64,000 bases of DNA from Chiloscyllium plagiosum. Lineage: Eukaryota. The notes below the pieces were generated by a model. That model saw only the letters and a program-made list of their open reading frames with translations. It ran no database searches and was not told where the DNA came from. Numbering within the stretch: the stretch's first letter is position 1; the number at the start of each line of letters is the position of its first letter. The stretch spans positions 4,596,161 through 4,660,160 of the forward strand of contig NC_057751.1 of the NCBI RefSeq assembly GCF_004010195.1, read 5' to 3'. Positions 1 to 12,600 of the stretch are shown here, in pieces. Made by a program: the position numbers and the translations under genes.

Positions 1-370
1 TCAAGTCCCACGAGTCTATAAAAGAAACTTGACAAGGAGAAGTTGAAGATTGGTGTTTTATTGGCCTCTAAGATTGGAAAAGGGTTGGGTAGAGTAGATT
101 CTGGAAGGAGGTGTTGACAGAGGGTCATGGGGGTCACTGCCACAACTCAATCCAATGGGGAACTGAAGAGAACTACTTACCCAGAGAGTGGTGAGAATGT
201 GGAACTTGCTCCCACACTGAGACATTACCACAAGACCTGTGGATACACCAACAGGAAGCTGAACAAACATACAAGGTAGGGGATGGTATACTCTCAGGCT
301 GAAGTGAAACACAGTGGGCAGAAGTGGCTAGTACAAGCATTGATTGGTCAGGCCAAATGGCCTATTTCTG
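1..370 (+). mobile_element. Degenerate CR1/L2-type LINE 3' fragment
   Basis: acccagagagtggtgagaatgtggaac and ggccaaatggcctatttctgtgc resemble the LINE 3' ends found elsewhere in the window. Confidence 0.6.
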
Positions 371-592
371 TGCACTACATTCAATATCAATCATCAGGTT
401 GCTGTCACCATTCTCCTCAGATTACAGCTCAGGATTCTTGTCAGGACATGAATAACAATTGGTATGAAGACTCCCACACAGCTCTGCCTAGCTCTACTTG
501 GAACTGACAGGCAGGGATAGCACTGCAAGCAGTAGACAGCAGACACCCAGTCTACAGCATCCCTTAATGCAGGGAAAGAAGGATGCACTCAC

Positions 593-655
593 CTCAGAGT
601 TATCTGCCACCACGTACACTTCAATATATTTCTTCTCTCGAAGAAAATTGTTCCT
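593..655 (-). CDS. ADAM exon 7 (start of reprolysin metalloprotease domain)
   Basis: ttccttccag acceptor, RNNFLREKKYIEVYVVADNSE, donor GAG|GTGAGT; 63 nt. Confidence 0.95.
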
Positions 656-3600
656 CTGGAAGGAAAAACAGAGAGAATGAAAGACAGCAGAATCCACTCT
701 CACTACTGTCAGGGAAATACCTGACAACCCGTACCTGGAAGCAAATAAACCAAGGACAGAGTTCAGAACGCAAACTCAAAACATTGCTTGTGTGATGTTG
801 CATATGAGAGACTCGGTGACAGTCTGGAATCTAATCAAGGGGTTTGGGATGGTTCATATGTAAAATAACAGATGCCCAGGAGGGAGTTACAGACTGGAAT
901 CATATGAACAGGTTTTTCTAGTTGTGTAATCGGTTGTGGTTGTGGGTAATGACAAGCAGTGGCTGCATTTGACTGATTTAAACACCGAACGGTTGATAGC
1001 AAGCTGCCCCATTGTTCCAGTTTGCTGAATCAAGGAATGGTCAGTGCTGTTTGTGAAACAGTGTCAGGCATTGAGCTGTCCCACCTACACAGGTCATCGT
1101 CTGAATAAAACATTCATTCATCTCCCACTCTGAGCTCTTACACTGTGCAAAGCCGCACTCAGTCACACTGCAGGAACTCAAATATAAACTCAGCTTTCAG
1201 CACAGCACAGAGACAGCAGTGTCCTGTCTGCTTTCAGGTCTATCATCAAATCGAGTTCTCATCTCCATCTTTAGCAGAGCTTACAATATCCTTCCAGCAC
1301 TGTTTAGAAGAACAGTAGGGTGTCATTGCCAATACTTATCCTTCAACCGATGTCTGCGTGGGTTTCCTCCGGGTGCTCCGGTTTCCTCCCACAATCCAAA
1401 AATGTGCAGGTTAGGTGAATTGGCCATGCTAAATTGCCCGTAGTGTTAGATGCAGGGGTAAATGTAGGGGTATGGGTATGGGTGGGTGCGCTTCGGCGGG
1501 TCGGTGTGGACTGGTTGGGCCGAAGGGCCTGTTTCCACACTGTAAGTAATCTAATCTAATCTAATAATTTAATTATTATCTCATTGATTTTGTGGGAGTT
1601 TGCAATTCTTTAATTGCTCATCTGATATGATGACAATAATTGGACTTCAAAAGACCTTTCCTGGCAATGGTCCATCTCGGGTGATATAACATGTTGCAGG
1701 TACAATGTGGATAGGTTTTGGGGTGAGAGGAGATGTGTTAGTCTGTGAAGAGTAACTCACTTCCTGACTCCCTAAAGCCTATCCACCATCGACAAGGCAT
1801 GAGTCGGGGCGTGATAGAATACTCCTCACCTGCCTGGATGTGTACAGCACCAACAACAAGGTTGACACCATTCAGGACAAAGCAGCCCATGTGACTGGCA
1901 CCACATCCACAAATACCCACTCCCTCCACCACTGATGCTTAATATAGCAGCCAAGTGTGTGATCGATAGAACGCATCACAGACATTCTTCAAGGATCCTC
2001 AAGCAGCACCTTCCAAACCCCTGATCACTTCCATCTGGAAGGAGAAGGTTAGCAGATACCAGGAATACCACCCCCTGCAGGTACCTCTCTCAGCCACTCT
2101 CCATCCTGACTTGGAAATATGTCACCGTTCCTTCATTGTCACTGGGTCACAATCCTGGAATTCCCTCCCTAAGGGCATTGTGGGTCTATGTACAGGGCAT
2201 AGACTGCAGCGGTTCAAGAAGGCAGCTCACCCCCACCTTCTCATGAGGGGAACTCGGGGCGGGCAGTAAATGTTGGGCCCAGGCAGAGTTGCTCACGTCA
2301 CATACAACGGCAAACATTCAAAGGAAGTGTTTCTTTTTCCCCTACTTTCCTTTTGTGTTCACACATTATGTATTTACAGACAAAAAGTCAACTTGATGTG
2401 AGTACCTCACGAGGGGAGTTGAAAGTCTCTTCCACTCTTGGCTCTAAGCTGTCCTCTGAAGTGTTGACGACCCCACACGTTTTGAGGGGGAGTCTGAGCT
2501 CCTCATACAGGTACAGTGCATGCTCATCCTTGTCTGAACCCTTCAGAGGCTCCAGCACATACCTTTGGCCATTTGTGTGGAGGTAGCCGCTGGGAAAAAC
2601 AAGAGACCATGGTCAACCAGGATGGCTCCAGTTGGATCCAAAACGCTGAAGTACCAGAAGGAAAATGTGCAAGAAATCAGAAGTGGTCAGTGAGGCTGTG
2701 GAGCTCAGTCCTCCCACCCAGCAGACACGAGCTGTACTGGGGTGAGGTCGCTGTTGTTGGCAAGACCACGTGTCAGGCTTATCTTACCTGAAACCCTCAC
2801 AAGTACTGAAGCTTGCTGAAGATCCTCCTTCTCCCTTGATGTAACCATGGTAATAGCAATGATCCTGGCCATTAGCAGGAGTGAGGGGAATGGGTGAGAA
2901 ACAAAGAAAAAGGAAATGTGTCAACTGCAACTGGTAACCAGATAGGAGACATTAAAAAGCACAGGCAACTGGGAGGCAAAGATAACCATGTGATCAACAC
3001 TATCTGTGAGAAATCTCTAGTTCTCAGCCCCAACGTTCTCTGGACAGGGTGGGCCAGAGGCTGTCCACGTGTTACATGCATTCGAATAAAATTAGAACAT
3101 GGAACGTAGATGCAGCACAGTGCCCCTGACTGTTCCAGAATCAGCCCAGCCCTCAGCCATTCAGTCCAGAATGAGTAGGAAGGCTGGACTGTGAGTCCCA
3201 CATTCAACTGTCTCCATTACCCCACCCCGGCCCCTGCAAGAAACCCAGGTCCCCTCTGCTTTTTGCCTTTTTATCCCAGTGATCATCCATCTCCTAACCA
3301 GCACCCGGTACAGCTGCTGTCTGAATTGGTATTGCTGATGTTGGTGGGAGCTTGCATCTGTAAACTCATTCGTGTACAAGCCCAATGCTACAACTATTCC
3401 TCCGCATTATTAGTGGTAAGGCATGCCAGAAGATTCATAATCGGTTACAACTACGTAGGAGTTGCCATGTTCAAGGGTGCAATGAGCTGTCTGTGGAGTA
3501 TTTACAAAACACTGCGGGACTTGTTTAACCCGAGTGTGGTTAATGGGAAAGAGATACTGAACTGAAGCAAAAGGTCTGGGAGCAGATTGTTAAACAGCAT

Positions 3601-6600
3601 TGCAAAGGAAGATCCCTGCACACTCAGACATCGGGTGGACTCTTGTGGTAATGTCCTTTGCTCTGACCAAGCAGGCAAAGTTCCAGCCTATTCAGAGGGG
3701 TGTAATGACCTATTGGAACAGGTAGATCAGGGAGAATATCCACTCATAAACAGAGATCTTGCTCTGTCATAGAGAGTCACACACCACAGAAACAGACCCT
3801 TTTGTTCAACTCGTACAGACATCCCCATCTGACCTCGTCCCATTTGCCAGCACCCGGCCCATATCCCCCCAAACCCTTCCTATTCATATACCCATCCAAA
3901 TGCCTTTTAAATGCTGTAATTGTACCAACCTCCACCACTTCCTCTGGCAGCTCATTCCGTACACGTACCACCCTCTGTGTGAAAAAGTTGCCCCGTAGGT
4001 CTCTTTTATGTCTTTCCCCTCTCATCCTAAATCTATACCCTCTAGTTTTGGACTCCCCCATCCCAGGGAAAAGATTTTGTCTATTTATCCTATCCATGTT
4101 CCTCATGATTATATAAACCTCTATAAGGTCACCCTTCAGCCTCCGACGCTTCAGGGAAAACAGCCCCAGCCTATTGAGACTGTCCCTACAGGTCATATCC
4201 TCCAACCCTGGCAACATCCTTGTAAACCTTTTCTGAACTATTTCAAGTTCTATAACACCTGCCTATCTCCAAAAAGTGAATACCAAGTTATTTTCTTGTC
4301 CTTTGCTTGAATGAAGCAGGTGAACATATTTAAAGGTGACCGAGGGGTTGTATTCAATGTAATCTGGGATCACACTTACTGATCCATTCTGACAAGGGAC
4401 TACCAAAGCCTTGCACAAACACAAGCTTCCCCATCTGACACACATTTCTCCCAATTCTTTTCCTGCCTTCATGGGATGTGGACATTACTGGCTCAGCCAG
4501 CGTCTGTTACCCATCCCGAACTGTCCAGAGGGCATTCAAAAATAAGCCACATTGCTGTGGGTCTGCTGTCACATAAGAGTCACCGTTTCCTTCCTGAAAA
4601 GATATGAGTGAGGCGGATGGGTTTTTCCCTGACAGAGAGAGAGAGAGAGAGAGAAAAACCGTAAATATCTGGTACTGATGTGTGCATATGTGAGTGTTTT
4701 TGTCTGTGCATTGTGAGACTGTGTATATATGCAGAGCTGGAAATGTGTTGCTGGAAAAGCGCAGCAGTTCAGGCAGCATCCAGGGAACAGGAGAATCGAC
4801 GTTTCGGGCATAAGCCCTTCTTCAGGAATGAAGAAGGGCTTATGCCCGAAACGTCGATTCTCCTGTTCCCTGGATGCTGCCTGACCTGCTGCGCTTTTCC
4901 AGCAACACATTTCCAGCTCTGATCTCCAGCATCTGCAGACCTCACTTTCTCCTGTGTATATATGCATGACTGTATAATATATGCGTGACTGTATATGCAT
5001 GCATGTGTATCTGTGTTTCTATGTGCAATTTTATGTGTGTGTGGGTCTGTGTATCTCTGCATGTTTTTATGTGGGAGCCAGTGAATGAGCCTGATAGTGT
5101 GGGCGGCCTCTCAGTCCTAGGGAGTGTTGCTGAACAAAGAGACCTTGGAGCGCGTGCTCGTAGCTCCTTGAAAGTGGAGTCGCAGGTAGATAGGACAGTG
5201 AAGAAGGTGTTTGGTATGCTTTCCTTTCTTGGTCAGAGTATTGAGTACAGGAGTTGGGAGGTCATGTTGCGGCTGTACAGGACATTGGTTAGGCCACTAT
5301 TGGAATATTGTGTGCAATTCTGGTCTCCTTCCTATAGCAAAGATGTTGTGAAACTTGAAAAGGTTCAGAAAAGATCTACAAGGATGTTGCCAGGGTTGGA
5401 GGATTTGAGCTATAGGGAGAGGCTGAACAGGCTGGGACTGTTTTCCCTGGAGCGTCGGAGGCTGAGGGGTGACCTTATAGAGGTTTAGAAAATTATGAGA
5501 GGCACAGATAGGATAAATAGACAAAGTCTTTTCCCTGGGGTCGGGGATTCCAGAATGAGAGGACATAGGTTTAGGATGAGAGGGGAAAAATTTAAAAAGG
5601 ATGAAAGGGGCAATTTTTTCATGCAGAGGGTGGTGTGTGTATGGAATGAGCTGCCAGAGAAAGTAATGGAGGCTTGTACAATTACAATATTTAAAAGGCA
5701 TCTTTTAAATTGGAATTGGAAGAGTTCAGAGAGATATGGGCCAAGTGGTGGCAAATGGGACGAGATTAATTGAGGATATCTGGTCAGCATGGAGGAGTTG
5801 GACTGAAGGGTCTGTTTGCGTGCCGTACAGCTCTATGACTTGATGACTCAGTCCTGACAGAACATACTGCTTGTGAGCTGACTGCCACGGGGTACAGATT
5901 CCTGGCATCTGAATGATCCCATTCCAGATAAGTTCTACCGGCATGTTCGAACAAGTCATGGAGTGGAGCTGTATTCATCCAGCCACAAGCAGAAACTCCC
6001 CCAGCTCCCTTCGAGGGAAACCGATACCTCCTCCATTATCATAAGCAGAAGGTAAATACAGCAAAAGACCTTTCTGCAAGTTGTGGGGGATTGGGTCTGG
6101 AGCAAGACTCACAGCTGGATGCTGGGAGCTTGCTATAATCACTGAATGTCTCATCTTGACCTCACTGTGTGTGGATCAATTCCACTTGCCTTTCGATCAC
6201 AGACCGTATCCCACTCAGACCCATATCCCACCGTGCGTATTGATCACGGACCATATCCCACTCAGACCCATACCCCACTGTGCCTATCGATCACAGAGCA
6301 TATCCCGCTCAGACCCATATCCCACTGTGCCTATTGATCACAGAGAATATCCCACTCACACCCATATACCACCCTGCGTATTGATCACGGACCATATCCC
6401 ACTCAGACCCATATCCCACTGTTCCTATTGATTACAGAGCATATCCTACTCAGACCCATATCCCACTGTGCCTATTGGTCACAGAGCGTATCCTGCTCAG
6501 ACACATATCCCACTGTGCCTATTGATCACAGAGAATATCCCACTCACACCCATATACCACCGTACGTATTGATCACGGACCATATCCCACTCAGACCAAT

Positions 6601-9600
6601 ATCCCACCGTGCCTATCGATCACAGACAGAATCCTACTCAGACCCAAATCCCACAGTGCCTATCGATCACAGAGCATTTCCCACTCAGACCCATATCCCA
6701 CCGTGCCTATCGATCACAGAGCATATCCCACTCAGACCCATATCCCACTGTGCCTCTTGATCACAGAGCGTATCCAACTTAGACCCATATCCCACTGTGC
6801 CTATCAGTCACAGAGCATATCCCGCTCAGACCCATATCGCACTGTGCCTATTGATCACAGAGAATATCACACTCACACCCATATCCCACCGTGCGTATTG
6901 ATCACGGACCATATCCCACTCAGTCCAATATCCCACCGTGCCTATCGATCACAGACAGAATCCCACTCAGACCCATATCCCACTCAGACCCATATCCCAC
7001 TGTGCCTATCGATCACAGACCATAAACCACTCAGACCCAAGTCCCACTGTTCCTATTGATCACAGACCATATCCCACTCAGACACATATCCCACTGTGCC
7101 TATCGATCACAGACCGTATCCCACTCAGACCCATATCCCATTGTGCCTATCGATCGCAGACAGAATCCCACTCAGACCCATATCCCACTGTGCCTATCGA
7201 TCACAGACAGAATCCCATTCAGACCCATATCCCACTGTGCCTATCGATCACAGACCGTATCCCACACAGACCCTATCCCACCGTGCCTATCGATCACAGA
7301 GCATATCCCGCTCAGACCCATATCCCACCGCGCGTACTGATTACAGACAGTATCCTACTCAGACCCTTATCCCACTGTGCCTATCGATCACAGATCAAAT
7401 CCTACACAGACCCATACCCCATTGTGCCTATCGATCACAGACCGTATCCCACTCAGACCCATATCCCACCGTGCCTATCGATCACAGACCGTTTCCCACT
7501 CAGACCCATATCCCACTGTGCCTATCAGTCACAGAGCATATCCCGCTCAGACCCATATCCCACCGCGCGTACTGATTACAGACAGTATCCTACTCAGACC
7601 CTTATCCCACTGTGCCTATCGATCACAGACCATAAACCACTCAGACCCAAGTCCCACTGTTCCTATTGATCACAGACCATATCCCACTCAGACACATATC
7701 CCACTGTGCCTATCGAACACAGACCATATCCCACTCAGACACATATCCCACTGTTCCTATTGATCGCAGAGCGTATCCCGATCAGACACATATCCCACTG
7801 GTCCTATTTATCGCAGAGCGTATCCCAATCAGACACATATCCCACTGTTCCTATCGATCACAGACAATATCCCACTCAGACACATATCTCACTGTTCCTA
7901 TTGATCACAGACCATATCCCACTCAGACACATATCCCACTGTGCCTATCGAACACAGACCATATCCCACTCAGACACATATCCCACTGTTCCTATTGATC
8001 GCAGAGCGTATCCCGATCAGACACATATCCCACTGGTCCTATTTATCGCAGAGCGTATCCCAATCAGACACATATCCCACTGTTCCTATCGATCACAGAC
8101 AATATCCCACTCAGACACATATCTCACTGTTCCTATTGATCACAGACCATATCCCACTCAGACCCATATCCCACTGTACCTCTGAACACAGAGCGTATCC
8201 CACTTAGACCCATATTCCACTGTGCCTCCGGTCACAGAGCGTATCCCACTCAGACCCATATCCCACTGTGCCTATCGATCACAGACCGTATCCCGCTCAG
8301 ATCCATATCCCACTATGCCTATCGATTACAGACCGTATCCCACTCAGACCCATATCCCATTGTGCCTACCGATCACAGACCATATCCCACTCAGACCCAT
8401 ATCCCACTGCGCCTATCGATCACAGACAGAATCCCACTCAGACCCATATCCCACTGTGCCTATCGATCACAGACCGTATCCCACTCAGACCCATATCCCA
8501 CCGTGCCTATCAATCACAGAGCATATCCCGCTCAGACCCATATCCCACCGTGCGTACTGATTACAGATAGTATCCTACTCAGACCCTTATCCCACTGTGC
8601 CTATCGATCACAGATCAAATCCTACACAGACCCATACCCCATTGTGCCTATCGATCACAGACCGTATCCCACTCAGACCCATATCCCACCGTGCCTATCG
8701 ATCACAGACCGTTTCCCACTCAGACCCATATCCCACTGTGCCTATTGATCACAGACCGTATCCCACTCACACCCATATCCCACCGTGCGTATTGATCACG
8801 GACCATATCCCACTCAGTCCAATATCCCACCGTGCCTATCGATCACAGACAGAATCCCACNNNNNNNNNNNNNNNNNNNNNNNNNNNNNNNNNNNNNNNN
8901 NNNNNNNNNNNNNNNNNNNNNNNNNNNNNNNNNNNNNNNNNNNNNNNNNNNNNNNNNNNNNNNNNNNNNNNNNNNNNNNNNNNNNNNNNNNNNNNNNNNN
9001 NNNNNNNNNNNNNNNNNNNNNNNNNNNNNNNNNNNNNNNNNNNNNNNCCACTCAGACCCATATCCCACCGTGCCTATCAATCACAGACCGTATCCCGCAG
9101 AGACCCATATCACACTGTGCCTATCGATCACAGACCGGATCCCACTCAGACACATAAACACTATGCCTATCGATCACAGACAGAATCCCACTTAGACCCA
9201 TATCGCACGGTGCCTATCGATCATAGACCGTATCCCACACAGACCCATATCCCACCATGCCTATCGATCACAGACCAAATCCCACTCAGACCCATATCCC
9301 ACTGTTCCTATCAATCACAGACCATATCCTACACAGACCCATATCCTACTGTGCCTATCAATTACAGTCCATATCCCACTCTGACCCATATCCCACTGTG
9401 CCTATCGATCACTGAGCGTAGCCCGCTCAGACACATATCCCACTGTTCCTATTGATCACAGACCGTATCCCACTCAGATCCATATACCACTGTGCCTATT
9501 GATCACAGACCGTATCCCACTCAGACCCATATCCGACTGTGCCTATCGATCACAGACCATATCCCACTCAAACCCATATCCCACCGTGCCTATCGATCAC

Positions 9601-12600
9601 AGACCGTATCCCACACAGATCCATATCCCACTGTGCCTACCGATCACAGACGATATCCCACACAGACCCATATCCCATGTGCCTACCGATCACAGACCAT
9701 ATCCCACTCAGACCCATATCCCACCGTGCCGATCGATCACAGACCGTATCCCACACAGACCCATATCCCACCGTGCCTATCAATCACAGACCGTATCCCG
9801 CAGAGACCCATATCACACTGTGCCTATCGATCACAGACCGGATCCCACTCAGACACATAAACACTATGCCTATCGATCACAGACTGTATCCCACACAGAC
9901 CTATATCCCACTGTGCCTACCCATCACAGACCATATCCCACTCAGACCCATATACCACCATGCCTATCGATCACAGACAGAATCCCACACAGACCCATAT
10001 CCCACTGTGCCTATCGATCACAGACCATATCCTACTCAAACCCATATCCCACCGTGCCTATTGATCACAGACAGTATCCCACTCAGACCCATATCCCACT
10101 GTGCCTATTGATCACAGACCGTATCCCACTCAGACCCATATCCCACTGTGCCTATTGATCACAGTGCATATCCCACTCAGATCCATCTCCACAGAAATGG
10201 AGTGAAGAAGTGCTTGTACTGTGCTTGTACGGTTAACTCTGCCTCTGCACAGATGCTGCCTGAGCTGCTGAGTTTCTGATTCTGCATCATACTCACTGGA
10301 TAGAGAGGATTGCTTGTCACCTCAGTCCCATCTTTCAAGTAGTATGTCTCGGAGTAGTTATTCGCAATGAGCTGCCTGTGAAAGGGAAGGGAGAATGAAA
10401 GTGGACACCTTTCATGGCTTTGGAATAATGCAGCAATGCTGCGATATGACGTGCATGTACTTGCTAGCGGACATGTTTAAAACTACTGACTATCACCATC
10501 CACATCAACAAGGTGGAAGATTTAACCTCACGATCCATCAGATGAACTGAACACTTACTCATTCTTCTCAAGGTGCACCACTTGCTCCTTGCCGTCCACC
10601 GGAACCTCAAACTGAATAACCGATGGATGAAGCCCCTGCCAGAGGAGAGATGGCAAAATTCAACTCAATGTCAACTTTCCCCACCTGCCTATTGTCACTT
10701 CTCTTGTTCAAACCTGTCTCTCATCTGCTCATGGTTTCTGATTCTGGACCAGTCGCCTTACAGAGCATTCTTGCCTCCAGTCCCACTTCCTCTGTTGTAA
10801 TAGAAGCCCAGTCCCAACGCTGTCATTACATCTGGCTCAGTGCTCATAACCAGAACTACCCTGTCTGCTCTTGCAGTTCCCCCTCTGTCACTGTACCCCT
10901 GTGTTTCTGTCTCATTGTAAATCCTGCTCACTGTTACTCTGCTGTCAGTTTATCCCAACGTTCTTGTCTAAGGAGAAACCCCTCAGACCGTCCACCTTTC
11001 AGACATTCTGTTGGAACCATCAATCCCGTGCCTACCGATGGTACTGATTAAAGTCAGTTTTATACAATAACCCGTGTTGTTGGTGAGAAACGTGCTGTTC
11101 CTGGGTGTCACACAGTACCTCACTCGTTCGTCTGTGCTTTGTGTGGAGCCTCCTGGGGATCACCACTTGGTAATTCTGGACGTCAGGTAGTTTGGAAGCC
11201 GCTAAAATTGCTGTGAACACACAACCGAACATTGGTCAGACCGTGGGGTGACCCAAAGACACTGACTGAAGTTACAGGCTGATGGTGGGGATGGGTTGAG
11301 CCTTCAGTGATTGGGGCTGTTAATCTGGTGTAATCAGGGAGCCCAGGCTGACATGAAAGGTTGAAGGTCAGTGACACTGGGCGCTGCTAAATATCCAACT
11401 CATGAAGAGGCAGTGCTATAGTCAAAGGCTGTGTATTTGTAAATACAAGGTGATTGGGGATGGGATACCGGTCTCTGAAGAGCCTTTTCAGGATGTGCCC
11501 ATGGCACGTGGGTAAAAGGAAACTTTGGTCAAATGAAGAGCAGGTTTGAGCTTGACCTGTGCAGCTTCAGAGCAGAATAGGCAATGAGTGTTGCTCCAGC
11601 CAAATGATCACAGCAGAGCCCAGCACAGCACAGCACAGTACAATCCGGCACAGCATAGCACAGTAGAGTCCAGCTTAGCATAGTATAGCACAGCACAGCA
11701 CAGCAGAGCCCAGCACAGCACAGTACAACCCAGCACAGTGCAGCACAGTAGAGTCCAGCTTAGCATAGTATGGCACAGCACAGCACAGCAGAGCCCAGCA
11801 CAGCACAGTTCAACTCAGCACAGCACAGCACAGCACAGCAGAGTCCAGCTTAGCATAGTATGGCACAGCACAGCACAGCAGAGGCCAGCACAGCACAGTA
11901 CAACCCAGCACAGTGCAGCACAGTAGAGTCCAGCTTAGCATAGTATGGCATAGCACAGCACAGCAGAGCCCAGCACAGCAGAGCAGAACCCAGTGCAGCA
12001 CTGCGCAGCACAGCACAGCACAGTCCAGCCCGGCACAGCACAGCATGGCACATCACAGCACAGCATAGCACAGCAGAACCCAGCACAGCACAGCCCGGCA
12101 CAGTGCAACACAGCAGAACTCAGCACAGCACAGCGCAGCATGGCACAGCACAGCACAGCACAGCAGAACCCAGTGCAGCAAAGCTCAGCCAGTACAGCAT
12201 GGCATGGCACAGCACAGCGCAGCCCAGCACAGCCCAGCCCAACACAGCACAGCATGGCACAGCAGAGCAGAGCCCAACATAGTACAGCACAGCACAGCAC
12301 AGCACAGCAGAGCCCAGCACAGCTTGGCACAGCGCAGCAGGGCCCAGCATAGCACAGCAGAACTCAGCACAGCACAGCACAACCCACCACAGCATGGCAC
12401 AGCAGAGCAGAGGGATCAAGGATAATGGCATGAGTCACCAAGCTGATCCCCATTCCCTCTCCCAAAGTGAGTGCCCAGGTCCCTTTGAACCAGTGAAGGA
12501 CTCACAAGCAGGAGAGATAGAAGGAGTGAAGTCCATTCGGCCCCTTGAGCATGCTCTCCACCACTCAATAGCCATCACTGCTAATCTTCAACTCCACTTT

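Noticed and set aside
6081..10158. Many overlapping Pro/His/Thr-rich ORFs; superficially CRISPR-like periodicity
   Set aside because: 47 bp tandem repeat without unique spacers, in a eukaryotic intron.
11738..12431. Cys-rich (keratin-associated/metallothionein-like) ORFs
   Set aside because: Translation of a (CAGCA)n repeat.
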